The notes under the pieces are model-generated. The model was not told the origin of the DNA, did no database searches, and saw only the letters and a list, made by a program, of their open reading frames with translations. Source: a virus. Taken from it: DNA of 64,000 nt. Every line of letters starts with the position of its first letter. Positions within the stretch are counted from its first letter, which is position 1. Positions 28,295-37,941 of this stretch are shown here, one piece after another. The stretch spans positions 75,527 through 139,526 of the IMG/VR virus record IMGVR_UViG_3300040801_001812; one strand, written 5' to 3'. Position numbers and translations under genes: made by a program.

Positions 28295-30133
28295 TTAGTA
28301 CAGGATTTCGTCGAAGTTCGCGCCGGTTGCGGTGATCACGAGATCAACCTGGATGAACTCAGCCGCTTTGACTGGCTTCAGGAAGATCTGTGCGTGCATC
28401 TCGTTCCGGTCGATCACCGCAGGGGTGTTCGTGGTCTCGTCGCACTTCACGCGGAAGTCGTACAGGCCACGGCGCTGGGTAACGTCGTTAAGGAACGGGA
28501 TGACGAGGTGACCGAACAGTCTCCAGGTCTTCTCGTCGTTAGGCTCGAAGACGAGGTAGCGAACGGCGGTGCTGATCACCTTACGGAGATACAGCAACAG
28601 ACGACGGACGTTGATGCGGTCCAGAGCGGTTGGCGCACGTTGGAGCGTACGCTGACCCCAGATCACCAGACCGTCCTTCGTGAACTTGGCGATGGGGTTG
28701 ATCGCGTTCTGGTCGCCGTAGAGCAGGTCCATCTCGCCAGGAGTGGCACCCATCTCGACGTCGATACCGGAGATCACGCGGCCTCGGGAGATACCGGCTG
28801 GAGCAAACCAGCTCTCGGTGCTCTGGTCGGTGTAAGCGAACACCGCCAGCGCGTGACCCGAAGGAGGCGTCCAAGCGTAGGCTCCGTTGTAGGAATCGTA
28901 CACCTTGACCCAGGGCCAGTAGCAGGCCGCATAGCTGCTGTTGAAGGCAGAGTGCTGGCCAGCGTAGTCGCCCGTACCGTTGTGCCAGTCCACGACCTCG
29001 GAAGGACGCAGGTTCTCTGGCGGGTCAATGATCGCGAGGCAGTCCGCACGGGACTCAGCGATAAGGATCAACTGGTTGACGACAGCCGCGTCTGACCAGC
29101 CCGGAGCAGCGATCAAGTTGATGTCCACAGCGCTTGGCGAAGCGAAGAGCTGCAAGCCGGTGGGTGAGGAGAGCGTGTCGTCCCAGGCCACACCGTTGAT
29201 CTCGGTCGCGCTCACGCTGCTAGCGTCGGTGTCACCACCGGACAGCGTCATTGCGAAAGTTGAGGTCAGGTTAGTGGGCAGTTCAGAAGAGCCACCAGCA
29301 AGATCCGTATCCAGATCCACGGTGATGTACTCGGACACGTCGTTGATCTTAGTCTCGATGAACTGAGTGTTGCCCGTGGTGTCATCCAGGTCTACGTTGT
29401 TGAACGACTCAACAGCAACCCCGTCCATGAAAACGTTGATCTTCTTGGTCCCAGTAAGCGAACCATCTTCGACGGTGATCGAGATGTTGTTGCCCCACTC
29501 ACCTTCGGAGATGGCCGAAACGGCTACGGCGTCCGTCAGGTAGGTGTAGTCGGCATCAACAGTCGAAGCGGTCTTCGGGGCAAGGGTACCAAACGCCATG
29601 GTGACCACGCCTGTGCTGTACACGATGCTTCCAGCTCCGTCCACAGAACCCACCAGAACACCAGCACCGTTATCGGTGAAGGTTTCAGTGCTGTCGTCGC
29701 TCATGGTGAAGGTGATGGTGACGGATCCGGGTTTGATACCATCGTCGCCCAGGTTGCTGAACGCGGCAAGAACGAAGCTCTTGGTCGCATTATCAAACGC
29801 AGGAGTCGGGGCGGGGTTTTCGGCCTCAACGTCCGTGCCATACTGGAGGGTATCAGTAGCTGCCGCAGCCGAATCACCGACCACACGGACGAACCAAAGC
29901 TGACGGCCACGACGCAGGTACTGGAGAGCCGCATAGGACTCGTACCCGATGGAGCTGTCAGGGGCACCAAAGGTCTCGACGAACTGTTGCTGATTGGTGA
30001 TGTAGGTCCGCACGTTCGTCGGTCCCTTCGAAGACACACCAACCATGCCTACGATAGTGGTAGACAGGGCAGGCACGTACAGCGAAAGATCCACTTCGCG
30101 GGTGTACACGCCAGGGGAAACATAAACGCTCAT
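28295..30133 (-). CDS. gp18: Tail sheath protein (gp18-like)
   Basis: SPGVYTREVD, KGP, PPSG, WFAPAG..RG, INPI, IWGQRT, RINVRRL, FEPND..T, KAAEFI. Confidence 0.95.
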   Translation of the reverse strand: MSVYVSPGVYTREVDLSLYVPALSTTIVGMVGVSSKGPTNVRTYITNQQQFVETFGAPDSSIGYESYAALQYLRRGRQLWFVRVVGDSAAAATDTLQYGTDVEAENPAPTPAFDNATKSFVLAAFSNLGDDGIKPGSVTITFTMSDDSTETFTDNGAGVLVGSVDGAGSIVYSTGVVTMAFGTLAPKTASTVDADYTYLTDAVAVSAISEGEWGNNISITVEDGSLTGTKKINVFMDGVAVESFNNVDLDDTTGNTQFIETKINDVSEYITVDLDTDLAGGSSELPTNLTSTFAMTLSGGDTDASSVSATEINGVAWDDTLSSPTGLQLFASPSAVDINLIAAPGWSDAAVVNQLILIAESRADCLAIIDPPENLRPSEVVDWHNGTGDYAGQHSAFNSSYAACYWPWVKVYDSYNGAYAWTPPSGHALAVFAYTDQSTESWFAPAGISRGRVISGIDVEMGATPGEMDLLYGDQNAINPIAKFTKDGLVIWGQRTLQRAPTALDRINVRRLLLYLRKVISTAVRYLVFEPNDEKTWRLFGHLVIPFLNDVTQRRGLYDFRVKCDETTNTPAVIDRNEMHAQIFLKPVKAAEFIQVDLVITATGANFDEILY

Positions 30134-30165
30134 AACTTAACCTCCTAACGGTCTTATCAAGGGTC

Positions 30166-30537
30166 TTATTCGGTCTCTTCGTCTTTGCCCTCAGCCTTCT
30201 TCAGACGGCTGCGGGGTTTCTTAGAGGCGGGTTTCTCTTTCTCCTCAGGCTCTTCTTCGTCGAGTTGGATAGGGTCGAGTTGGATAGGCGACTCCCACGG
30301 AACTACGGGCTTTTCAACCTTAGCCTCAGGTTCGGGTTGGGGCTCGACCTCGATTTCTTCGATCTTGAGGATGCCGAAACCGGCTTGACGACGGATGTGG
30401 AACGTCATTTCCTCTTCGGTCAGCTCCACTTTTCCACCGCGCATAATCTTGAACTGAATGAACTTCCCTGTGTCGGGGTCACGACGGAAACTGGAACGCG
30501 CTTGTCCCGATTTTCCGATTAAGAGATACTTCTTCAT
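30166..30537 (-). CDS. Hypothetical protein with charged low-complexity tail
   Basis: AGGAGG SD before ATG at 30537. Confidence 0.7.
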   Translation of the reverse strand: MKKYLLIGKSGQARSSFRRDPDTGKFIQFKIMRGGKVELTEEEMTFHIRRQAGFGILKIEEIEVEPQPEPEAKVEKPVVPWESPIQLDPIQLDEEEPEEKEKPASKKPRSRLKKAEGKDEETE

Positions 30538-30560
30538 GGACCCTCCTAACTTGGTCACTA

Positions 30561-30566
30561 AATAAA
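30561..30566 (-). promoter_or_regulatory. Putative late promoter motif TTTATT
   Basis: GGCTCTTTATTTAG in the gap upstream of the sheath operon. Confidence 0.65.
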
Positions 30567-30576
30567 GAGCCGTACG

Positions 30577-31167
30577 TTACTGCCTGGGGGAAGACTTCTT
30601 CTTCTTCAACTCCCCAAGAGCGAACCGTAGCTGCTGTTTCGTGAACCGGTTACGGCCTCCCATAGCCGGGTCATCCTTGTTGATGCCCATGGGCATGTTG
30701 AACCCACCGATAGCCGATGCCATCGTGTCTTCGATTACCTGCTGGAGAACCTCCTGCTGCTCCTCAGATCTGAGCAGCCAGAACTTCCCCTTCTTAGCCC
30801 CCGCACGGATACGGGCGTTGGTTGCTTCGTGACGACGCTCTATCTCATCAACGGCCTCTGGGATAGAAGCCTTCTCATTCCAGCCTGGGTGCTTGCCACG
30901 AACAGCCAGTGCAACACGTTTATGTAGTGGAGTGCGTTTCTTCCAGTTTTCAACACGCTTTCGCCTACCACGAGCCTCTCTTTCCATTTGCTTATAGTGC
31001 CATGCTGAAAAATGATGCCGTTCAGATTTTTTGACCCCCTTGGGGAACACCCCTTCAGTATGATCAAAGAAATCCGTGGGGTGGGCTTTGTGTGCTGCGT
31101 GAAAACGCTTACGCATTTCAGGTGTGGTCTCTTTTCTAAGTCGATGTGCATATTCATCCCATTCCAT
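30577..31167 (-). CDS. Basic hypothetical protein
   Basis: TAATG coupling to the upstream gene; H/K/R-rich. Confidence 0.65.
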   Translation of the reverse strand: MEWDEYAHRLRKETTPEMRKRFHAAHKAHPTDFFDHTEGVFPKGVKKSERHHFSAWHYKQMEREARGRRKRVENWKKRTPLHKRVALAVRGKHPGWNEKASIPEAVDEIERRHEATNARIRAGAKKGKFWLLRSEEQQEVLQQVIEDTMASAIGGFNMPMGINKDDPAMGGRNRFTKQQLRFALGELKKKKSSPRQ

Positions 31168-32000
31168 TATTTCCACTCCAATACCTGGGAAGTGTCGCCG
31201 GTATCCCAGAACTCTTGCTTGTCAGCCCACTCAGTCTCCAGCGTTTGGAGGATCTCCTGCGTGCTATCCTCGATCAAGGAGACGGAGACCTTCTGAACCG
31301 TACGCACCCAAGAGGTTGGGAGCGGGATCCAGCCCTGAAGCGTGACTGTAGCTACTCCTCGGAGTTCGCGTTGCTGCTCACCACCTTCGAGGGTAGACAC
31401 GTTAGAAAAAATGCCCTGGCTCTGCATGTGCACGCCCTGCTCTCCCCACGGGGGTGGATACTGCACATCCACGTAGTAGGTGGGTTGCGGGAACTTCCTC
31501 GCCCACTGCTCCATCATCATGTTCAGCTCTGACTGTTCTAGAACCCAGAAGTCGAACTGGTAGGTGAAGTTGTAGGGTAGTGGGAAGTTAGACCCCAAGA
31601 CCATGTTCAAGTCATCAGAGTAGAGCAACTTGCGCCACGGAGCGTAGGTGAACCGGACCTGATCGAATGTGATATCCAGCCGGGTAACCGAGATCGCCGG
31701 GTGAACGATCCTCTCAAGCTGGGTGGGGGCGAACTCGCCCTCCCATTCCATGGCCGTTTTCTTGTCATCCGTCTGGGTGTGGATGTCCCGCTCGGAGACC
31801 TCTCTACGCGGGGTAGCGAAAACCTGCGGAACCATCTTCTCCATCAGCTTGTTAGTTGACTCATCAACGTAAGGCACCCAGAACTGGAAGTAGTTCATGA
31901 TCGCGATATCGTGACGACGAATAACATCGTAGTTCTCTACGCGCTCACGGGCGACCTCTTGTACCTGATCGCTGAATTCGTCTTCACGGTAGATGCTCAT
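31167..32000 (-). CDS. Tail terminator / sheath stabiliser (gp15-like)
   Basis: VPQVFATP, PAISVTR, PLPYNFTYQFDFW, TVTLQGWI; synteny. Confidence 0.7.
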   Translation of the reverse strand: MSIYREDEFSDQVQEVARERVENYDVIRRHDIAIMNYFQFWVPYVDESTNKLMEKMVPQVFATPRREVSERDIHTQTDDKKTAMEWEGEFAPTQLERIVHPAISVTRLDITFDQVRFTYAPWRKLLYSDDLNMVLGSNFPLPYNFTYQFDFWVLEQSELNMMMEQWARKFPQPTYYVDVQYPPPWGEQGVHMQSQGIFSNVSTLEGGEQQRELRGVATVTLQGWIPLPTSWVRTVQKVSVSLIEDSTQEILQTLETEWADKQEFWDTGDTSQVLEWK

Positions 32001-32539
32001 CTAAACCCCGCCTTTTTCATCGTCTGGGCTAGGTCGTGTCGCGCACGACGCCTTACTTGATAAATCTTCGTACGCCACAGTTGGGTGGCAGGACGCCAGT
32101 GGGGGCGGGCGGGCATCGTTCGTGTTCCGTACTCCAGCCACTTACCCAGATCCCGCAGTGTGTACTTGCTCCCAGGAGCCAGAGGCTCTTCAGGAACAGC
32201 AACAATCCAGGTGCCATCCCGCTGTTGGGTAGCCTGGATCGAGCGAACATACCGCCCTGTCGCGATCAAAATGCGGGGGTCTAACCCCAACATTCTCTTC
32301 CTCTTAGCGTATCCTTTTGACAGGGGCACCCAGGAGATCAACTGCCGCTGGATGATCTCTTTCAGGTCATCAGCGAACTCTTCAGCCATCTCCTGACTAA
32401 GACCGGTGATGGCCATATTCCCGGCCAGCTTGACGTTCTTTCGCGCTTCGGCACTGGCTTTACGGGCAGTTGGCCTCCGGATACGAAGGAGTTTAAGCGC
32501 CTTTGTAACGGCCCTACGCACTCGCGTGCGGAACGCCAT
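31997..32539 (-). CDS. Virion morphogenesis / tail completion protein (HK97 gp10-like)
   Basis: WVPLS..Y, ILIATG.Y..SI, WLEYGTRTMPARPHWRP. Confidence 0.7.
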   Translation of the reverse strand: MAFRTRVRRAVTKALKLLRIRRPTARKASAEARKNVKLAGNMAITGLSQEMAEEFADDLKEIIQRQLISWVPLSKGYAKRKRMLGLDPRILIATGRYVRSIQATQQRDGTWIVAVPEEPLAPGSKYTLRDLGKWLEYGTRTMPARPHWRPATQLWRTKIYQVRRRARHDLAQTMKKAGFR

Positions 32540-33045
32540 TAGTACCTCTGGAAAGGCTTACGAGTTTCGTCCTTCGGCGTGCCCTTCCGGATCCAAGGCG
32601 TGATCAAGAACTGGAAGTCGAAAGGGAATCTGCGGTCGTTCATATGAAATCCCTTCGGATCCACGGTCACGACTTCCCAGAAAATGTCTTGAACCCACAC
32701 AACGTCCCCATCAGTGGGGACATCCCGATACCTATCCAGCCCCAGACTAGCGATCTTATCCTCAAGACCCTTACGACTCATGTAAACGATCAGTGAGCGG
32801 TCTAGCTGTTGACCCATCTTGTAGAGATTCGCAGTACCGGGGTCACTCACCTCAACGTATCCCGGAACCTCGTACGTCGCGTCTTCAGGGATATCCCGGT
32901 TGATATCCTCATGATACAGCTCGTCGAAGGTCTCAGTGCGGAAGCTGAGTTTATAGACCTTTATCGGGTGCATGTACAGTTCGTACATCTCCTTCCCAAC
33001 CTGCTCCATGTACTGGCGGTCTTTCGTGCAGGAAAACGTAGGCAT
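32539..33045 (-). CDS. Neck / head-closure protein (gp14-like)
   Basis: DELYHED, PTDGDVV..FWEV; follows the gp13-like gene. Confidence 0.65.
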   Translation of the reverse strand: MPTFSCTKDRQYMEQVGKEMYELYMHPIKVYKLSFRTETFDELYHEDINRDIPEDATYEVPGYVEVSDPGTANLYKMGQQLDRSLIVYMSRKGLEDKIASLGLDRYRDVPTDGDVVWVQDIFWEVVTVDPKGFHMNDRRFPFDFQFLITPWIRKGTPKDETRKPFQRY

Positions 33046-33048
33046 CTA

Positions 33049-33774
33049 TTACCCCATAGACGGTAGGAAGTGAACACTGGTCCGGATTAGCTCATCCGTG
33101 TAGGCCGCTTCGTCTTGTTCGCCTTTTTGTCGTTGGTAGTCTCCATCCAGACTAACCATCCCACCAGCACCAGGAACACCCTGAGCGAATTTTCCCCGGA
33201 TGTTCCCCAGTACCTGACGAGCCTTAGCTAGCGCAAGATTGAGGAAAAGCTGTTGGTATTGCCGTTTCACGTCACACACGCCATCCAACGGGTCGGCCCA
33301 GAACAGCGTGACGTTCATCTGCCCAGGAACTTGGAGGAAGACAGGACCCTCGTCCGTGATGTAGTATCCTTCTTCGGCTCCAAATTCCCGAGAGATGATC
33401 TCGGTCCAGTGACGGACCATATCGTACGTCTGAACGTCAATTCCACTGATACCACCAGCAGAAAGGAAGTAGAAGGGGTCGTAGAGTAGAGCGCCTTCGA
33501 TGGACTCATAGGACGAGTAGTCCACACGAACAAACTCTACGTCGAGAACCCCCATCAGGTCGTCTTCCGGAGGAGGAATTACATGGTAACCCCGCGAAGC
33601 CGAGTACGCCTGAACATAGATTTTCGGCTGGTACTTGTTGAAGAGTTCCAACACGTCATCAACAATATGACCAACCTGCATCTCGTTTAGCTCGACGCAA
33701 ATCGTAGGATCACCCAGCTTCTTGTTGATCCAGTCACGAATGTAGGTCATCGTGAACTTCGCGGGTGCAACCAT
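33049..33774 (-). CDS. gp13: Neck protein (gp13-like)
   Basis: IRDWI.KKLGDPTICVELNE.Q; LALAKARQVLG.IRGKF..VPGAGG.VSLDG. Confidence 0.85.
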   Translation of the reverse strand: MVAPAKFTMTYIRDWINKKLGDPTICVELNEMQVGHIVDDVLELFNKYQPKIYVQAYSASRGYHVIPPPEDDLMGVLDVEFVRVDYSSYESIEGALLYDPFYFLSAGGISGIDVQTYDMVRHWTEIISREFGAEEGYYITDEGPVFLQVPGQMNVTLFWADPLDGVCDVKRQYQQLFLNLALAKARQVLGNIRGKFAQGVPGAGGMVSLDGDYQRQKGEQDEAAYTDELIRTSVHFLPSMG

Positions 33775-33777
33775 GGG

Positions 33778-34587
33778 TTACTCCTTCTCGTCGTAACCGA
33801 AGTAGGACCACATCGCCACGAACATCACACCCTTGGTGGTGTTCTCGTCGAACTCAGAGAAGGTCTCCAGCATTTCCGGCTTCAGAGGACACCCAGCTTC
33901 GGCAACACCAAGAGCGGCCTCGCGCAGCTCTTCCACGTTGAGCCTACGAAGCTCAGTTCGACTTGGGAAGAACTTCGGCCCCTGATCGGCCTCGATAACG
34001 GTTTCGTCATCGTCGTCTTCAACAACGGTGTCGTCATCGTCATCTTCAACAACGGTGTCGTCGTCATCTTCAACGATCTCGTCGGTGTCGTCCTCGACGA
34101 CAGGATCTTCGTCCTCTTCGTCTTCGAGAACCTCCACTCGCTCCTCAACCTTCTCCCCCTCAGGGTTCGGTTCAGAATCACCAGTTTTGAAAGTAGTGAC
34201 CTCAACCTTGGCGTCGGTCGGCTCGCCGTCTTCGCCCAAACCCAGGTCATAGGGGTTATCAACGACTGTTTCCTCGATGAGCGCGGGCGATGTCGCTTGG
34301 ACTACCTCGGGTTCCTTGCTGAACGCCTTGGGGTCCTCACTGGAGCGAACAGGCAGTCCACCCACTGGATCCGGTTTGAGGAAGAACGGTGTGCGCCCGA
34401 AGGTGTGCTTCGGCTTCACAGATCCCATCGGTTTTTCAATCAGCAACGAAGAGTCGATATTACTGAGGATAAACTCTTCGTACCCCACGATAGCATCCTG
34501 GGGCATCACAGGAAACGAAGTACCATTCCAACACACGTTGGTGGGTACGCGACCCACGTACAAGAACAACTTCTGTTTGATAGCCAT
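33778..34587 (-). CDS. Acidic hypothetical protein with VVEDDDD repeats
   Basis: GGAGG-N5-ATG at 34587 (the longer ORF start lies inside a terminator); C-terminal ELRRLNVEELRE helix motif. Confidence 0.7.
   Translation of the reverse strand: MAIKQKLFLYVGRVPTNVCWNGTSFPVMPQDAIVGYEEFILSNIDSSLLIEKPMGSVKPKHTFGRTPFFLKPDPVGGLPVRSSEDPKAFSKEPEVVQATSPALIEETVVDNPYDLGLGEDGEPTDAKVEVTTFKTGDSEPNPEGEKVEERVEVLEDEEDEDPVVEDDTDEIVEDDDDTVVEDDDDDTVVEDDDDETVIEADQGPKFFPSRTELRRLNVEELREAALGVAEAGCPLKPEMLETFSEFDENTTKGVMFVAMWSYFGYDEKE
33997..34100. repeat. Imperfect 24-27 bp tandem repeat encoding [TI]VVEDDDD
   Basis: Repeated tcttcaacaacggtgtcgtc units; boundaries approximate. Confidence 0.8.
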
Positions 34588-34605
34588 CTCGGCCTCCAAT
34601 CTACT

Positions 34606-34611
34606 AATAAA
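34606..34611 (-). promoter_or_regulatory. Putative late promoter motif TTTATT directly after the capsid terminator
   Basis: GTCTTTATTAGTAGATTGGAGG. Confidence 0.65.
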
Positions 34612-34614
34612 GAC

Positions 34615-34641
34615 AAAACCCCCCGGCACAGGGCCGGGGGG
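34615..34641 (-). terminator. Intrinsic terminator after the major capsid gene
   Basis: CCCCCCGGC-CCTGT-GCCGGGGGG followed by TTTT. Confidence 0.9.
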
Positions 34642-34666
34642 CTGTTGTTACGGGTTTTTTAGAACC

Positions 34667-36070
34667 TTACACAGTGGTGTAAGTGATGCTTCCAGTGGCG
34701 TAGAAGTCACCGTTGATGGCCTTGACGCCGTACTGGCTCATCATGCCCTTACGGTTGAGCATGTCGTCCAGCACGTAGGTCGGAGTGGTGTACAGGGGCA
34801 CGTACGGAGCGAAGACGTATCCGGCTTCGAGGAAGCTCGAACCCTTCCAACCGACGAGGAAGGTGTCTGCGTCAAGGTACGGATCCTTGTAGATCGACCA
34901 GCGACCCTGGAGGGTACCGATGAAGACCACGCCGTTACCCGCGACAGCCTGCGGACGGAAGCCGTAGAGGCTCTCCACCACGTTGGCGACGTTGGTACCG
35001 CAGACCACGAAGTTACCAGTCCCCCGGCGAGTCGCACGGAAGATGAGGTTCGACGCCTCGATGAGAGCATCGATGAAGGTCTGCTTGTGGTCGTTGTACG
35101 AGACCGCAGCAGGCGCGGGCTTGTTCCAGGTAACGGAACCGGCGCTCGCGATGGTGAACAGGTCGCTGATGACGCGACGGTCAACGTCCCAGCGGATCTT
35201 CTCGGAGAGAAGCGCAACCAGCTCGCTCTCAGCGTCCATACCGTGGACCGCCTTGAGGTTGGTGGCCGCTTCAACCGACCAACGAGCACGCAGCTTGTGG
35301 GGGATCGCCCGCACAGGCACGCTCGACAGGTTGATGTCCACGATTGGGATGTTCGCGGAACCTTCCGAGTTGTAGTAGTACGACACGGTGATAGCAGTCG
35401 CGGCCAACTGGGCAGTGCCCAAGGTGAACGTGCTAATAGCGCCAGTGGCGTAGTTGATGGTCGGTGCAGTCACGGGGGCGGTGTTACCGGTGAAGATGAA
35501 CCCACCAATACCGTTGTCCCGAGCTGTCCAAACAGCCTCGGTTCCGGTTACCTGACCAGACATCACAACGGTACCCGGACGGGCACTGCCGTAATCCAAC
35601 GTCGAGGCCGGAATCACGGTGTTACCACCAGCGTCAGCAGCCGTCACGAGAGTCTCGCCGGTGACCGCCTCAGAAGAATACTGGTCGTCAGCAAGGTGAC
35701 CCTTACGGGCGCTGAACATGGTGTCACCAGCGGTGACGGTTCCCTTTGAGGAACCATAGACCGCGTCAAGATAGAACACCAGCGAGGTCGGGCCGGTCAT
35801 CGGCTGGACCGAAACGATGTCCTTCGCGATCAGGTTGGGGAACACGGCGCGGACGATGGGGAAGACGAACTTCTCGAACGAGCCGATAGAGCTGATCTTG
35901 ACGTCCTCTTCCATGTTCGCGATGTACCTAGATTCGTTTTCGAGCAGCACGGCGGTGAGTTCACGAGCACCTTTGTCCTGAATGGACTCAACCAAAGGAC
36001 GCCACTTACCGGCGGCTAGCTGCTTGCCCATCTCTCCCATTGCCTGGGATTGAATTTCCTGAGCATTCAT
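34667..36070 (-). CDS. gp23: Major capsid protein (T4 gp23-like)
   Basis: LLEN, PIVRAVFPNLIA.DIVSVQPMTGPT, KLRARWS.E, HGMDAESEL, TRRG.GNF, AGYVFAPYVPL; GGAGGAGG SD. Confidence 0.96.
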   Translation of the reverse strand: MNAQEIQSQAMGEMGKQLAAGKWRPLVESIQDKGARELTAVLLENESRYIANMEEDVKISSIGSFEKFVFPIVRAVFPNLIAKDIVSVQPMTGPTSLVFYLDAVYGSSKGTVTAGDTMFSARKGHLADDQYSSEAVTGETLVTAADAGGNTVIPASTLDYGSARPGTVVMSGQVTGTEAVWTARDNGIGGFIFTGNTAPVTAPTINYATGAISTFTLGTAQLAATAITVSYYYNSEGSANIPIVDINLSSVPVRAIPHKLRARWSVEAATNLKAVHGMDAESELVALLSEKIRWDVDRRVISDLFTIASAGSVTWNKPAPAAVSYNDHKQTFIDALIEASNLIFRATRRGTGNFVVCGTNVANVVESLYGFRPQAVAGNGVVFIGTLQGRWSIYKDPYLDADTFLVGWKGSSFLEAGYVFAPYVPLYTTPTYVLDDMLNRKGMMSQYGVKAINGDFYATGSITYTTV

Positions 36071-36083
36071 ATCAGCCTCCTCC

Positions 36084-37556
36084 TTAGTTCAGGCCAGTAC
36101 GGTCAAGGGCACCCTCGGTGAGTTCCTTATACCGGGCCATAGTTGGGTCGATGCCGTCGTCGCCGTCCTCGTTGAGAATGGCAGTCACGTCATCGGCGTC
36201 TTCGTTGATATCGTACTCATCAGCCTCAGCGGCTTCGAGTTTGGCGAGATGCGACTCCATCAGCCTATCGGCCTTGTCGTCGCCACCGACGGCTTCAGCC
36301 AAGAGCTGGTAACGACCGACAGTCTCCTGAATGATGCCGAGAGCGGCCTCATACTTGAGCTGAAGGTCAGCAACCTCGTCGGAATTCTCTTCCAACTCGG
36401 CCAGATATTGGATAACCTCGGTTGCCTCGGCGAGATCCTCTTCGAGAGCGTCGATGTGGTCAAGCAGGTCTTCCGGGGTGATTTCCACCTCGTCGTCGTC
36501 ATACTCGTCCTCTTCGAGATCTTCCGGAGAGATCACCCCAGCTTCCAGGGCCATCTCCACGAGGTCGTCATCCGAGTACTGATCAAGCTCCTGACGCAGC
36601 TCTTCGGCCTCGTCAATCAGCTCTTCATCAGCCTCTTGAAGGCGATCTTTGATGAATTCGAGCCTGTTCTTCATGGGTTCCTCCTGTGTCATATTTTCAG
36701 ATGTGGGCCACATAAGCATGGCCTCACGGCTTTCTTCAACCTTGCTCAGCAGGTCTGTGACAACTGGCCTGTATGCAGGGTGTTCAGCAGCCAGACTTGT
36801 GAGTTCGTGACCAAGCTCCAGAACCTGAGAGTTAACCTCTTCCATCAGGTCCGGGGTCCGTTCGAGATCTTCAGAATGGGTCGCGTTATGCAAGTCGATG
36901 ACGTGCTCTGCGATCTCGTTGAAGTCTCTGGTGCGGAACTCGTCGTCCTCGTAATCTCCGATTCCCAAGGCTTCCAGGTCGCTCATGAGCGCCTCGATCT
37001 CAGGATCGTCTTCGACGACGGTGACCTCAGCGTCTTCGACGCCTTCGGTCCTGCTCCCACCTTTAGATTCCCCCGAAGGACGGGGGAGCGCACCGGGGGT
37101 AGACGGTCGCGCTACAAAGTCAAATGTATTGAGTTTGAAGTCCTCCTGAACGCGTCCGTTCTGAACACTCCCAGACCCACGGGAACTGATGCCAACCTGA
37201 ACGCCTGATTCAAACAGGCTCTTCAAGATTTTGCCGTTGGGGGTGGGCAGAATTTCTGCGGCTCCGGTCATCACGCCATCTTCCTGAAGTTCCAGGTTTG
37301 TGATCACGTGGCTGACTCGTTGAAGTTTCGTCTTACCGTCTGCTGGGTGGTCCAGTTCGCCGAACATGGCCTTGTTTTGCAGGGCCTCTACGACACGGGG
37401 TGCCTCCAGCTCTTTTTCCCAGATGCTGCGCGGGTAGACCCGCTTGTTCGCGTTCTCGGTGTCCGACCGCTGAAAAACTCCTTCAACGCGGAAGTTGCCA
37501 TTCTCAGACTCTACGATCTGATATTCGAAAGGCATCACTTCGATCAAGTCGTTCAT
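36084..37556 (-). CDS. gp21: Prohead protease (gp21-like) fused to an acidic scaffold-like domain
   Basis: NANKRVYP, GELDHP, VSH.I, TPNG.IL, GISSRGSGS, FDFVARPS; followed by ~320 acidic helical residues. Confidence 0.92.
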   Translation of the reverse strand: MNDLIEVMPFEYQIVESENGNFRVEGVFQRSDTENANKRVYPRSIWEKELEAPRVVEALQNKAMFGELDHPADGKTKLQRVSHVITNLELQEDGVMTGAAEILPTPNGKILKSLFESGVQVGISSRGSGSVQNGRVQEDFKLNTFDFVARPSTPGALPRPSGESKGGSRTEGVEDAEVTVVEDDPEIEALMSDLEALGIGDYEDDEFRTRDFNEIAEHVIDLHNATHSEDLERTPDLMEEVNSQVLELGHELTSLAAEHPAYRPVVTDLLSKVEESREAMLMWPTSENMTQEEPMKNRLEFIKDRLQEADEELIDEAEELRQELDQYSDDDLVEMALEAGVISPEDLEEDEYDDDEVEITPEDLLDHIDALEEDLAEATEVIQYLAELEENSDEVADLQLKYEAALGIIQETVGRYQLLAEAVGGDDKADRLMESHLAKLEAAEADEYDINEDADDVTAILNEDGDDGIDPTMARYKELTEGALDRTGLN

Positions 37557-37565
37557 CAGTGGCTC

Positions 37566-37931
37566 CTAAAAATAGGTCGTTGACCATTCACCAGACTGCA
37601 TAGCTGGCACGTCTACGCGGATTTCGGATCTTTGAGAATCAACCGGATGCTTGTACACGACCCAGTAGTAGCTACCCAGGAGGTGTTCAAGGATCTTCCA
37701 GTCTTCCTCGTCGATATTCAGGGCCTCGCGAACGAGGGCAAAATCCCATTCGGTGGGATGTTCACAGATTTTGTACCACTGAGCGCGTTCCGTGACGTCA
37801 CCGTCAGGGTAGTGCGAGATGTGCAACTCCGTATTGCTCGTTGGGAGCATCGAGTTTTCCATGTCGAGATGGAACCGGGTGATGGATTCACCCGGAACGA
37901 TATCGGCCTGGATAGCTCTACGGCGCTGCAT
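37566..37931 (-). CDS. Hypothetical protein
   Basis: ORF fills the gap within the operon. Confidence 0.6.
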   Translation of the reverse strand: MQRRRAIQADIVPGESITRFHLDMENSMLPTSNTELHISHYPDGDVTERAQWYKICEHPTEWDFALVREALNIDEEDWKILEHLLGSYYWVVYKHPVDSQRSEIRVDVPAMQSGEWSTTYF

Positions 37932-37941
37932 ACCCGACTAC

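Noticed and set aside
34277-35749. 490-aa plus-strand ORF
   Set aside because: Antisense shadow of the strongly codon-biased capsid gene; runs through a terminator; no recognisable motifs
855-36070. Interpretation as a bacterial eCIS / tailocin locus
   Set aside because: Capsid, portal, protease and terminase genes are present, so this is a complete phage morphogenesis region
18083-37208. Other long plus-strand ORFs (18083, 23419, 28289, 36249)
   Set aside because: All lie opposite well-supported structural genes; typical shadows in GC-rich coding DNA
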